DNA from: Takakia lepidozioides
Lineage: Eukaryota > Plantae > Bryophyta
Length of the DNA: 64,000 nucleotides
Reading direction: 5' to 3'
NCBI GenBank assembly: GCA_030704615.1
Contig: CM060733.1
Coordinates: 4,216,001-4,280,000, forward strand
Part shown: piece by piece, positions 35,601 to 55,700 of the stretch
Position numbering within the stretch: position 1 is the stretch's first letter
How the letters are laid out: each line of letters opens with the position of its first letter
Translations under genes and position numbers: made by a program
Notes under the pieces: model-generated
Told to the model about the DNA's origin: nothing
What the model saw: the letters and a program-made list of their open reading frames with translations, nothing else
Database searches by the model: none

Positions 35601-38600
35601 CTAGAACATTGTGAAGTGAAAACAGGAAGATTAATGAATCATTTCCTTCAACACATTCTCAAGCTATCGTTCATGGATTTGGATAGGTGAGGTAAAGATA
35701 TGGCATATTAAAGAACCCAAAGCTGTCACCTTCTCACGGGGCTTCAACAGAAAAGTTGCAAGACTAGACTGCTTGAAGCCTCCTGCTGGCGTACTTGTAG
35801 GAGCTGCTACTTCGATGGCACTTGTATTGAGAGCACCTCCTAAGGATCTCTTGGCAGAGGAATCGTTTTGTACAACCAGCCCATTCTTAGCTGCAGCAAG
35901 ACTATCACCTCCTTTGGTTTCTTCGTCACTGATCAATTTAACCAAACCACATGTAGCTGCGTCTGATTTCCCCGTTGAAATACCTGTTTCTTGGCAGAAG
36001 ATTCACGATGTCTAGTTACAAACAGATGTGATGGCTAGAATGACAAAAACATGGATCTCAGGTGTCCATCCTTCTGATAAAATTAGGGTAAGAAACAAGT
36101 AACTTGTGTGCGTTTGTGAGTGAGAAAGAGAGAAGGACGGAAGAACGAAAGAGAAAGAACATACCATCCACAGGAAGCCCAAAGAGCTTCTGGGAGAAGC
36201 GTCAGAAGAAACAAAGAGACAATGGCCCAAAGAGAGAAATGAAATGAAATGGTGCATTATAACGTCCGCAGAAAGCTCATAGAGCTTATGGGACAAAATG
36301 GAAAGAAAAACATGAGAGAGAAAACAGGAAACCTGAGATAGAGATAAGAACTATTGTTCGAGTGATTGTCTAAGGGTGAATGCCTCGTGAGAGAGAGAAA
36401 AGAGTGGTCTTATAGATTGCTGTCAATGGTGCCCACCAGTAATCGTTTCAGATGGCACATGCGTCGACCCCTCAAACATTCTAGCCAAACAACTGCTACA
36501 AAAACCATTCACGAAGTAGGGATGTGACATGTAACATGTACAAAGGGCATGCTAAACAGATCAAATGCCATAGAGCTAGCTCATGTGTGGGGGACTACCT
36601 TAGAGTAAACCCAAGTATGCATGTGATCACAAAGGAAGTATTAAATGATCTTGAGCTGTAAGCGTGCCTACCTGTAAGAGCACTGGCACCATTCTTTGTT
36701 GCTTGCTCAGCGGGAACTAAACAACTATCATCTTCATAGGTGGGGAATGTCTTGCTGACAGCCCCACCTCCAGCTCCTTGTTTTTCATGTTTGGAACGTG
36801 ATGAATCACTTGCACTGCCACTCTCTGCTTCATCGTCCTCATGTGATGACGATTCTGTGTACCTAGGCAGGCAGATAAGATGCCAGGAAGCAACCATTGC
36901 AGATGAAAGATTGGGGTCTTCAACCCTCTCAAGACACGTCCTGAGAACTGAACCCTCTGGAAATTGCCTGAGAAAGGAGACATTTGAATTCCTCAACCAG
37001 CTAATGAACAGAAACCTTTCAAAGCATTAAGAAACCGTACATGCTCACTGTTTTCTGTAAAAGGAGATGATAGTTCAAACAAGTAATAGGGCTCCTGCTG
37101 GGATCACAAACCAGGGTTACCAGAGTTTGGTCCACACAAACAAACAAACACTAGGTGGTTCTTTGAACAACTCAACAATGGTCAATGAAACCAAAGCAAC
37201 ATCCAGGAGCTCTACAAGATACACCAAATCATGAATGAGCAAGCCAAAGAAGACACGTGAAGGAGGTCGGTCATGCCTAAACCCCTAGTGACAATTTTTT
37301 TGTGAGAGCCTAGTAAACTCTGAATGCTAGTGACCGAAAAAAGGTGCGTGAATAAACTTTTGACACAAGCCACTACTTACTTAAATTTTTGTCCTGCTGT
37401 ACGAGCAGACTGTCGCAATGGTGTTGGTGCGTCCTCTTTCACAATCAAGTGCTTCTCCTCATCCTCAGAATCCGGCTCTTTTTCTTGACTTGGTACTGCA
37501 CTCTTTGTGTCATCCCCACCTTGCTTTTTCCTCACTAACCATTTCTCCATTTTAAGCTGGCCCTTGGGTGATTCTGGTGCATCTTTCTCCCTGAACAACT
37601 TTTCCCCTTCAATGTTTTCTTTAGGGTCTCTTGCCAGACCAGCTCCTGCTGTGAAATCAAAGTCTGCATGTTTCTCCTACGCGAAGAGAACGTCACACAG
37701 GATGTGCTCTTTCAGTTGGAACATTTGTGAAATACAATTAGGTATGTCCAAAGAAACAGCAAATGACAAAAGTCAGCTGCAAAAAGCTTTAAACATGACA
37801 GTAGTCTAAGTGGAAAACTGCATGGCAACATAACCTCGTCTAACTTGAGTTTGTACTTCTCAGCATAACTTCCTCCTCACCATATCTACAAGAAGAAGGA
37901 TGAAATTTTGAGATTGTAAAACCCAGATTACACCTGCTGAAGCTCTTGAGGCAGTGGAAGGCGCAACTCTTCTGGATTTTCATCCTTCGTCCCAATCCAC
38001 CACGCAACAGAGAAAACCACCTGTATTTTGACACAGCAACTGGTTCAAAGGGTCAAAAATCTCCAGAAATAGAGGGCACACCTCAGGTACTGTAGAAAAG
38101 AGCTTGAGGCAAATATGTGCATACTTCCCCAGTCTAAGCATTGCTTTAGTGAAGAATCACCGGCACATAACCCTCCTGATCCACAAACAAAATTGCTGAG
38201 GCTTACTAATCTTTGCTTATCTGCCACTTGTCATACCAGGATCAGCAACAAGGTGGTGCATTGTTTTAGCATAGAGGCAGAAGGTCCTTCATCTAAAGAT
38301 CAGGGCTATTTCCACCTCTTCTTGACTTGCACAGACAAGGGTTTGAATAAATACCGAATGAGCTGGTTGTTCTAGAGAACGTACCAGACTTTCAAAGCAG
38401 TCTTCACAAACAATATTTCCAGCTCCTCGAAGAAAATGCAAGGTGAGGTACTTGTTCTTGGGATACACAATTGTGCCAAACAGTTTTAATCGCCCCTGAT
38501 TTGTAAACACAGCATTAGGCACAGTTTGTAGGGCATACACCTGTTGCCTTAAGGAAATACTCTACCTAAATTTCCAAAGCTTTTGAACTCTTCATCTTAA

Positions 38601-39313
38601 ACACCGATGTACCTCACTTTAACCACTACAAACAACGATAAGATTATGGAAACTACACAGTAACTGCAACTTGTGGACCAGGATGAGAAAATCAAGCAGA
38701 ACTGACATGCCTGAGGAAATTCAACATAGAGAATGGGATTCCGGGAGTCCAAATGCGTAAGCTCCCCAAACTTGCCACCAGCTACAGGAGCCACAAGCCC
38801 TGGAAACGAAAACAGGTACTTGTTCTTTCTATGCCCCTTCTTCACAATATCCTTGCCGTCGCACTTGAGAATTGCTGGAGACAAAGACTAAGGGAAGTGA
38901 GAATCAAGTCGTTCGACCTTGGTCTATTTCCTCACTCTCGAGAATACTGATGAAGCTCCCAAGTGCATTCCATCCTTCAATTACCACAACGTCCCCTGGA
39001 ATTGAAATATTCCGCCGATAGAGAGTCTGACTCGTGAATCACACCGATTGAATAACAAAGAATAAGGGCAAAAACTTACGTGCAAAATTATGAATTGCAA
39101 CCTGTACAAACTACAAGTCCAGAAGAACAGGCTCAAAACGATACGGAAATCACCTTTAGTCGGACGCAATGGTAACGCTGGATTCGCTTTATGTCGCGCC
39201 AGCAATCCGCGCGACAATGCCAGCTCACGACGCCTCTTGCTCTCCTCCTCTGCAACCTTCTCCTCTGCACTAGGCCCTCCTTCTTGCTTGTGTGCGGGCA
39301 CCCCCTTCGCCAT
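32610..39313 (-). CDS. RHL1: ROOT HAIRLESS 1 / HYP7, DNA topoisomerase VI accessory subunit; multi-exon, 3' exons below ~35700 tentative
   Basis: 'RRRELALSRGLL..PLRP', 'KCDGKDIVKKGHRKNKYLFSFPGLVAP..GELTHLDSRNPILYVEFPQ', 'GRLKLFGTIVYPKNKYLTL', 'VVFSVAWWIGTKDENPEE', 'PLRQSARTAGQKFKY', 'QSSLATF'. Confidence 0.88.
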
Positions 39314-40119
39314 CGTCAATATTGATGGTGGAAAAGGGACAAAATTCCATAAACGAACAAAATGCTCTTTACATCATATCATACCTTCAGTAGGCTGTAT
39401 CAATGACATACCGACGGCATTGCGTTGGCCATGAACTCAGATTCCTCAGACTCTTTGTATCCACAACTCTACCTCTCAGCTTCTTGATCCAGCCTCGCTC
39501 TCTGCGCGCAAACAAACACACGTTTGTTCACGCATTGCAGGGAGAGATTCCTTGTTGCGAGAGGGAAAGCTACATTTTTAAAAATACGTCATCGTACTAT
39601 TATACATGTGCATACACGTATAGGTACACCTCTACGATACCTCGGTAGGTAGGTAAGGTAGGTGCGGTACGGTATGAACTATGAACCCCAAGGTCCCAAG
39701 CATTAAGTTCTAACACTGTTCCTTTTTTTTTAATAGTTAAAAGGGGAAGTAAATTGTAATTCCAATTGTTTTATTTATTTGTTTTTCAAAGCTATTGTTT
39801 TCTAGTAAATTGAAGACTGTCAACAACAAAATTATATGAACAAACAGGTTTCGGTCAATTTGACAAAATAATTCCGTAAAATGTTTTACTTTCTGAAGGC
39901 ATCACATTATCTTACATATTTGTCGGCCTTTTCCGTGTAGTAACTCACAAACCACATAGCAAGGTAGTGCCTTGACAACCAAATTGCCAGCACAAAGCTC
40001 AATGAAGTGACTTTATGCATAGCCTTGCTGCCGTAAGAGCTGAGACTGAATAATAAAGGAACCACCAACAAGATTAGAATAAATTCGACAGGTAAAAAAC
40101 CAGCCCTCATACTGTCAAT

Positions 40120-47421
<7,302 letters not shown>

Positions 47422-47597
47422 GGCATCTACAGAAACAATTGAAACAACATGCATAGGCTCTAGCCTTCCGATTGCCCCACCCCCTACGGACACAACTGTG
47501 AAAAGAAAGAAAAGAAACCCACGATTTCAAGGTGATCGACCGTGTGTAATATGCAGAGAGATGCAGCTCTCCAACTCGGAGGTGGAAGACCGGGGTC

Positions 47598-47605
47598 TAG
47601 GGTTT
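47598..47605 (-). promoter_or_regulatory. Telo-box AAACCCTA upstream of KRR1, in the divergent KRR1/PSB27-H2 intergenic region
   Basis: tagggttt on +; telo-boxes are typical of plant ribosome-biogenesis gene promoters. Confidence 0.5.
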
Positions 47606-48265
47606 TACTCTCTTCTCAATTAACGAAGACCTATTTTTTGGGGGGGTCGTGAATTGCTGACAAGTCTATTACGAAATTTTCATCTAAGACTATCACTATC
47701 CAGTGTCATCATTCTCACGGCATCAAGATGATGAGTTGCTTAACGACATCCGTGCGCATTCGTTGGGTATTGGTGAGATGAAGGTTTTGCGAAGGTGGGC
47801 TGACAGTGGGTGCCCAAGAAAGAGAGATGATCGTGGTGTGTGGTGTGCAGTGTGCAGCTCCATGCCTGCTCAGGCTTCAGCCTTCTTCCATGCGTGAGTT
47901 TCCTTGCTGGGTTTCCTCTTTCTAAGAATTACAAGACTCTGGCTAGCGCTATGGGATGAGCACATATCTCTATCTTCTGTCGATTCCTGTTCCTCGCCCC
48001 TCCCCATTGGCTTATGAAGCTTGTCGAGCTACCACTGGGGTTGGAATTGAAGTAAGGGAACTCAAAGAAGTTGAAATTACGGATGCTTTCTAGACACACT
48101 GGTGCTTCCTTGCTTCGAAACTTTCAGGGGAGGTGTTTTGCATACTCTCGTAGAATACAGACTAAAATTAAGTGGTAAACCCTTAGCATTGTACCCACTG
48201 TCACTGGGAAGCCGCGCAGCAGGTCTATGATTTCAAATTTTAGATTGTTTACATTCCTTCCTATT

Positions 48266-49706
48266 ATGACGTCTTGTGCATTAAGTATGAGATCATTGTA
48301 CTTTACTACTCTCCCAACGCATGAAATGCATGGATATAGAGACCTTAAGCAGAAGGAATGCCTGTTGACAACTTTTGATGTCAATGGGACAGAGGGTTTG
48401 CAGGTGACGTATCCAAGATATTTTTCATCCTCCCAATTTGTTATTTCAAGATGTTCTACCAACTCACAGTCGAGACCTATTCGTGATTCAAAGGAGAATA
48501 ATTTGTCTAGAATTAGTCGTCGAGTGTTTGTCTCTCCGGTGCTTCTGTGTTTGGCATCTGTTTTGCTAGGAGAGGTACAAGCAACACCTGAGCTTGCTAT
48601 AGCTGAGGAAGCTCAGAATGAGGGTGTGGAACAAGGTGGTACGTTGGACAGGGTTTTATCCTTCTTCGATCCCAATGAGATGACCAAGTCAGGGAAAAAA
48701 TTACCAAAAGGTTATGTGAAGAGTGTGAAAGAGGTAGTGAAAAGCTTGCGTGACTCTTTCAATGAGGACTCCAAGGATGATGCAAAGTTTCGAAGGAATG
48801 CCGATTCTGCAAAGGAGGCAATTCGGGGATACTTGCAAAATTGGCGAGGGGCAAAAGTTGTGGCTACTGAGGTATTTATACCCTTTCTCTAACCATAGTC
48901 ACCTGCTGTGCTTATTGCCATTTTTCAAGACGTTGTGACTTGTCTATCCATTGTCTTTCTCCCCTTCTCCCCTTCTTTCTTCTTTTTCTCCTGTGATGCT
49001 GTCTTCCCTCAACAGCAGGGCTCAAGAAACTTGGGTTTATACCAGAGTTTTATTTGCATCTCTTCTTAATTTTCCTCTCCTGGTCATGCTTCGGGCTTAT
49101 CTCCTTGTCTGCAAGGTTCTTTCCTAGGGCTCATTCTGGTTTCTGGTGTTATGATGGCCTTGTTTTACTGTTGAAACCGTTTCTTGGCCAAGTGTGTCTT
49201 GTTACCCTTCCAAAACAAGACAGAACGCAGTAGGTTTGCATCCACCGTGAGGAACCGATGAAGTCAGTGGGGAGTCTTTGCAGGTGTTCAAGAACTGGTT
49301 TTTGTCTTATACTATGTGATTGATTCTATAAGATACAAGGCTGCAGCTTCTTGGCTTCTTTGCTTTTTCTGTGATGGGCTTTCAAGATATTTTCTTTCTT
49401 CTTTCTAATGGGTTGTACTGTGTTAAAAAATTCTTCCCAAAGAGCTGCTTTCTTGCATCAGCTATGATCTCTTCGTTCTCTTAAGTCAGTTACCATTGCC
49501 TGGAGTTTACACTGCACTTCCATGTACATATGGTCATAGATTGTGGATTGTGGATGTGTTTGGTACAGGATTCGTACCTAGCCCTGGAGCAGGCATTGCG
49601 CATTCTTGGGGAGTTCTACTCAAAGAAGGGCCCCCGAGCTGCCTTGCCAGAGGACATAAGGACCCGTATTTTGGCGGACCTCAGTAAAGCTGACGACTCT
49701 CTCTGA
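48266..49706 (+). CDS. PSB27-H2: Photosystem II assembly factor Psb27-H2/LPA19; exons ~48266-48871, 49569-49706
   Basis: Tat-type 'SRRVF' transit peptide, 'FDPNEMTKSGKKLPKGY..AKFRRNADSAKEAIRGYLQNWRG', exon 2 'DSYLALEQALRILGEFYSKKGPRAALPEDIRTRILADL'. Confidence 0.9.
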
Positions 49707-51290
49707 GCAATGAACCCCCCACCCCCACCCCATCTGGAGATGAATTTGCTAGAAGAGTCGTAATTTGTGAGCCAGAGTCGATCACACCCAGCCCGCCCAT
49801 TTTTGCTGGCAGATTTGTGACCAAGAAACCATAGCTCGTTTCGTGAGTGCCATTTTTGGCACCCTAGATGAAGTTGCAAATGAGTCTTTTATGTCACAAA
49901 ATTTGGTTCTGGTTGGGGCCATAACTAGTCTAGAGAACGAGAGGAAGGGAAGAAAGAAAAAGAAATTCTACTATGCCCACCGGAGTGTATGGGAGGGAGA
50001 GCGAATGTACTCGTAAGACGTTTGCTGTATAGACCCCACGTCCAGTTTGGGTGGAACAAGAGGGAACGGACACTACCTTTGTGAGGGCTCACTCTAGTGG
50101 TACCTACTTTGATTTAAAAATTAGTTTGGGCTTTCCAGATTTCCTCTAGAAAGCTTTTCACACAAGCACCAATATGCTGTGTGTGAGCTGCCCAGCAATT
50201 ACACCCCAATAGTGCCCGGGCTTTAGGCTCAGCCTCGAGATTTTCAAAGTTGGTGAACAGAGGTGCAGGGACTATGTTCTTGATGGTCCTGAAGAGGGTT
50301 GCTCTTTGATGAGAGTACCACAGACATTGTATCAGAAAATGGTTATTGTCTTCAGGCGCCCACACATCGGCCATTGACAAAATCTCTTTCCACCCTGCGT
50401 CTGTTTATTGTTCAAAGCTGGTCGACTCCTGGCCCTGGGTCTAAATTTCAGTCTAATGCAAAGGGTAGGTAGAGCCCTGCTCCTCAAAGGTAAAAAAAAG
50501 AAAAAGGCAAGCTCACATTACCAAAAACAATTGCAAAACTGTTGCAAATTTTTGCACACTTGAGAGCGTATAGCTAACTTCTTTGCTTGAGATATCCATG
50601 CAAAGTGATCTGTATCATTCACTGGCAAAATACTTTTGTATATGATATTATAGTATTGTCATTGCCCTTGTTTTTCCTTTCTTGACTTTATGTCCAGATG
50701 TTGTAGTAAACTTACCCTGGCTGGTAGGCCTTGGATGGTCCCTGGTTCTGGTTAGTGATTCTGGTGTTAGCACGTAGCACCCTTTTATCAGATTCCTCTT
50801 TTGTGATTTAGAAGAGGGGTTAGTCTGATCTGTTCAAGCTCTAGGCCCTCTGCCCTCTGCCCTCTCTAGATTAGTCTTGGCACTCCACTTGTTCTTCCAC
50901 CTCCCTTCAGAACTATTGGCTAGGAGTGGTACCTCAATTCTCTGCCCTATGGCTCTTTGTAAGGTTATTTTTTCCTTACCTTCTTAATAAAATTTTCAGG
51001 GCTACAATCCCCCTCCTCTAAAATTTATTAAAAAAATGCATTAAAAGTATTATTTTACTATCAAAGATAATTTTATGTTATGTCTCATTAGGATGCCAGC
51101 TAGTGCCAAGTTTTTGTTGACAGAAGGCCACGTCGACAAGGTCTTGCTAAACCCTAATGTATTTTAGCCAAAAGGTCATATTTGTAGCCAATAACCATAT
51201 TGTTAATAGTTGAATTATTGCAGGGGAAAAAAAGAGTTAAATCTGTAAGGGTGCAATACGCCTCAGGCGTCAACATGACCAAGATGAAAA

Positions 51291-51570
51291 ATGAAGCTTG
51301 GGAACAATTGCATGGCGGCTCTTGTTGCTCAGGGCTACTCAGATATCAGATGGTTGGCAGAAAAGATGGGTGCAAAATCTGGCAAGCCTTTCTCGACTGG
51401 GGACATTATGCTTAGTTATTTTGTGATGCTGTCAAGATCTGTGGGGGTCAGACTGGGGTCACGTAAAAAACTTGAAGACATTTTGTCCTCCATGAGTCAA
51501 GTACCAGAGGGTGTTGCCACAGCAGGTGAGGTCATCGCGTTGGCTCGGAAGTATCGAGTTCAAATGCTGG
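51291..51570 (+). pseudogene. Processed pseudogene fragment of plastid glycerol-3-phosphate dehydrogenase (GLY1/SFD1-like)
   Basis: 'MKLGNNCMAALVAQG.SDIRWLAEKMGAK..TGDIML..FV.LSR.VGVRLGS..LEDILSSMSQVPEGVATAG.VIALARKY'; intronless, with small deletions and no flanking exons. Confidence 0.8.
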
Positions 51571-52984
51571 TTCATTTCTTGCTTGTATTTTGTACCTTTG
51601 TCATTGTAAATCTCATTGGCTGCCAACTATCAGCCTTCCCGCACCTGTATCAGCCTTCCCCAACCTGTTGTTCACTCTGCTTGTGAAGTATGGCAATGGA
51701 GAGGGTTCAAAGTTTCTTTTCTTCCAGAGACTTGAGTTGGCAAGAGTCTTAAGAGTATTAAGTGCCATTTACTTTGGAAAAACATATGAACCGGGAACTA
51801 ACAGTGGAAGGGCCACTGGCACACCTTGGAAGATGTGTTCAGATTGCCACCATTAGTCTCTGTATGCATTTGCATTTCCATCTATCTCCTTGGTGAAGGG
51901 AGGCCATGAACTTACAGATCTTCAATCTGGCAGGTATGTTGTGCAAAGAATGTACTCATAAGACGTGCCGTAGCCTTGTGGTCATTGACCCCGTGCCGAG
52001 ACATCTTTGCGACCTTCCTTGTCGCAGCATTCACAATAACTTTATTTTTGTACAGGGATTTGAACCCTTATAGCTATCTATTATAGCATACAAAATTATG
52101 GCTGAAAGGCCTTTAAAATTAACCATAAAGGTGAGGTCTGAGGTTGAAAACATGATATAATATAGTATTATATATTTATTTCTATTTAAAATATTAAAAA
52201 AAACATGTTATATTATTATTATTATTTTAATTATTAGTTCAATTGTTTTATATTCATTCTTATAATTAATAGTTAAAATAAATTCGTTATTATAAATATT
52301 ATATTTGATATATTTGAAATTTTGAAGATGTGATATGAGATATATTAGATATATATCTAATATATATATAGATCTGATTAGATATATATAGATATATCAT
52401 GAATATATATTGGTGATTAGATATAGATTAGATATATCTAATCTAAAATGATGAATCTGAGGTTGAAAGGATATGATAATATGATATGTAAAAGTAACAG
52501 TAAAAATAAAACATGACTGTAACTAGGAATGGTTGATTTATGATGATAGATAGAAACAAATGATTGATCGATGATGGATAGAATGATAATTGATTTATGT
52601 GGTGACATTCATAGATTATAGGAAGTTCTTAATTATATTTAGTTATTATTGTAATAAGTTATTAATAATATAATATTATATATTAATAATTTAATCTTTT
52701 TTATCTATAATTTTTTAATTATAATTAAATATTTATAATATTTAAGCTACATATACTATATTGATATCATGCTTTGAATTTTTTGATATATTTGTTGAAA
52801 TGATGTTACATTCAAGTGGCATGATAATAGTGTCATAAACTTTGATGATATATTGAAAATATGAGATAGTGTGCCTGATCATTTTGAAAATTAAATAAAC
52901 ATTATTTATTTAGAAAGTACTAATACTTTGTATAATATTGTATAAATGCACTGCAAAAACAAATCAAATATTTTATTATATTTT

Positions 52985-53295
52985 AAAAACCAATATTTTT
53001 TACATAATGTTGGACGACCAGAAACTCTATTATAACCGTTTTTATATGTATCTAGACTAGAAATATACCACACTTATAATCTATTGGCTTGGTTACGATA
53101 TTTTGTACTAGCAAGTATTTCTAGAACAAAATTATCAATAAAAGGTGTAAAATTCAAAACATCATCTGTCATTCTACTAGGTGGTTTATGTCGATGTTGT
53201 AAAAACCTATTTGCAAGGTTTATACTTTGACCAACATAAACTTTTCTATTTTGCAAACACGTTATCTTGTAGATAAAAATTTGAGGTTTGGTCAC
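52985..53295 (-). pseudogene. GIY-YIG endonuclease
   Basis: 'IFIYKITCLQNRKVYVGQSINLANRFLQH..FVLEIL..ANRL*VWYISSLDTYKNGYN'; the stop replaces the expected catalytic Glu. Confidence 0.85.
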
Positions 53296-54190
53296 TTTTT
53301 TGATTTTTTTGCAAGAGAACCTTTTGAGGCAGTCACTGAACTTGGATTTAGAGTTGATGTCTCTAGGAAGACCCGTGATTCAATAACATACATCTGAGAA
53401 ATTTCAGATGTGTAGGTGTAGTCATCTTGAACTTCAGAACCATCTCGTTTGGATCGAGCTTTCTTCAATACTTTATCAGCATCGTTGTATGTCAGATTCT
53501 TCATGTGAAAAATGTCGATGTCAAAATCAAAGTGAAGCTCCCTTATCTGGTACACTCTGATTTCTTTGGTGTGACTATTCAATAAATTCATGTTGTCCTT
53601 TTTTTGTGAGTGTTTTTTCGTCGAAAGTCTCTTGAAAAATGTGAAGAAAGTACTTTGTTGCACCTACAAAATAAAACAATCGCCAGTTTTCAGTTCAAGA
53701 TCACGTATTTAATAAATAAATGAATCAACAAATATATAAATAAACAAGTTTTATGAATATGTTATACCTGTAGCAGGTTCATCTCCAAACTTTATTTCGG
53801 AATTCTTCTCGAAAGGTGAATCCACCATCGACAAACTCCTTAGTAGCGCGGCCAGATTCAAATCCTGCAAAAAAGTCGAGAGGATGCAAGCCACAATTAT
53901 CTGCAAGCCATGTCTGAGACTGTAACAAATGATGATATGTTTTTCCAGGTTTAGGATTTCGGACAGGTCTTTCAACAACTCCGTTGGCTTCTGCTTTGCT
54001 TCTTCCAACAGATCCTCAAATATGTGGGAATAGTTTACAACGTCGGTCTACGAAAAACACAGAAAGAAAGACGTGTGAATAATCATATAGTGGATTAAAT
54101 AAATAAAACATATAAGTACTTACAAAATATACAACCACTGAATATAAAACAAACAACAATATTCATACCTGTTTTGAAGAACTGCCCATA
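53292..54190 (-). CDS. Unknown spliced ORF immediately upstream of, and possibly once fused to, GIY-YIG
   Basis: Exon-like blocks ~54190-54169, 54047-53768, 53663-53292 with GT/AG borders; TGA overlaps the GIY-YIG GTG after an A-run. Confidence 0.4.
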
Positions 54191-54789
54191 TCTGTATGGT
54201 AGAGAAAAGAACAAAGAAAGAAACAGATGAAGAAATAAATTGAAATGAAAAAGAACGAAAAAAAATGATAGACAGAGATTGAAGAAGAACGAACAACAGA
54301 ACGGAAAAAAAATTAAAAAAAATTAAAAATAAAAATTGAAATTTTTATTCTGCCGAAAAACTCACACAAAAGAATAAAGATCAGAAAGAAACATAAATAG
54401 AGAACAAAGTGAAGAACAAAAAACAAAAGAAAGTTACTGAAAAGAACCAAGCAACAGCTCTATTTTGCCAAAGAACCGAAAGAACAAGGAAGCATAAACA
54501 TACAACAGAAACAAAGAAGAAACACAAATGAAGGTAAAAGAGCAGGACTGAGAGACGGTTCTCTTGTATGCAAAGAACTTGCCGAAGAAAGAGAAGAAAA
54601 TGATCTTCCTTCTCCGTACTTATAGGGGGAGAAAAATGAGGTATAGTAAAGAAAGATGAATGTAAAATTCCCTAATTGGATGAAAATAGTATGAAAAGTT
54701 GCTATTTATTAACTTTATCCCACAATTTTTTTACATAGACTAACTCATGAAGGTTTATTCAAAAATAGATGTCGGTGAATTGCAAATAG

Positions 54790-55700
54790 TTGTATGAACG
54801 TTTATCGAGAACAAAATTTTATTTTAATTGTAATCAATGGTGACAACCTACAAATTTTGTCGGTACATAACAATAAATAGTGCATGTGATTCATAAATGT
54901 AATGACCAAAGTTGATACATTTATTGTAGTAGTTGATTTTTTTTATATCCCTTAGGACTCCTTAGTGCTGCCCTAAGGAGTCATATAGGCAATTATAAAT
55001 AATAATCTACATATTCTTATTTTCCCCCTCTTAGGACTCCTTAGGGTTGTCCTAAGGAGTCCTAAGGGAAATTATAAATAATAATCTATATCTTTTCATT
55101 TTCCCACTCTTAGGACTTTTAAGGGGTGCCTTAGGGCTGTCCTAAGGAGTCCTAAGGGCAATTAAAAATAATAATTTATATGTTCTCATTTTCCCACTCG
55201 TAGGACTCCTTAGGGGTGCCCTAAGGAGTCCTAAGAGCGACTATTTATAATAATTTATATATTTCTATTTGTTTCTCCTCTTACGACTTCTTAGGGCCAC
55301 AATCTGAAATATGCCCATGCATCACAAATGGATGTATGACCATTTATCGAGAACAAAATTTTAGCAAATAGCTTAATGAATGTTTATCGAGGACAAAATT
55401 TTGTTTTAATTGTAATAAATGGTGACAACCTACAAATTTTGTCGGTACATAACAATAAATAGTGCATGTGAATCATAAATGTAAAAGTTGATACATTTAT
55501 TGTAGTAGTTGATTTTTTTTATTTCCCTTAGGACTCCTTAGGGCCGCCCTAAGGAGTCTTAAGGGCATTTATAAATAACAATTTATATATTTTTATTTTC
55601 TCCCTCTTAGGCCTCCTTAGGGCTGTCTAAGGAGTCCTAAGGGCAATTATAAATAATAATTTATATGTTTTCATTTTTTCACTCTTAGGACTCCTTAGGG
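54790..55700. repeat. Array of ~33-37-bp hairpin palindromes (CCTNAGG cores) in AT-rich units
   Basis: e.g. taggactccttaggg-gtg-ccctaaggagtccta at 55201-55233; ~7 units plus two copies of a ~150-bp cgagaacaaaatttt..ggtgacaacctacaaattttgtcgg module. Confidence 0.92.
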
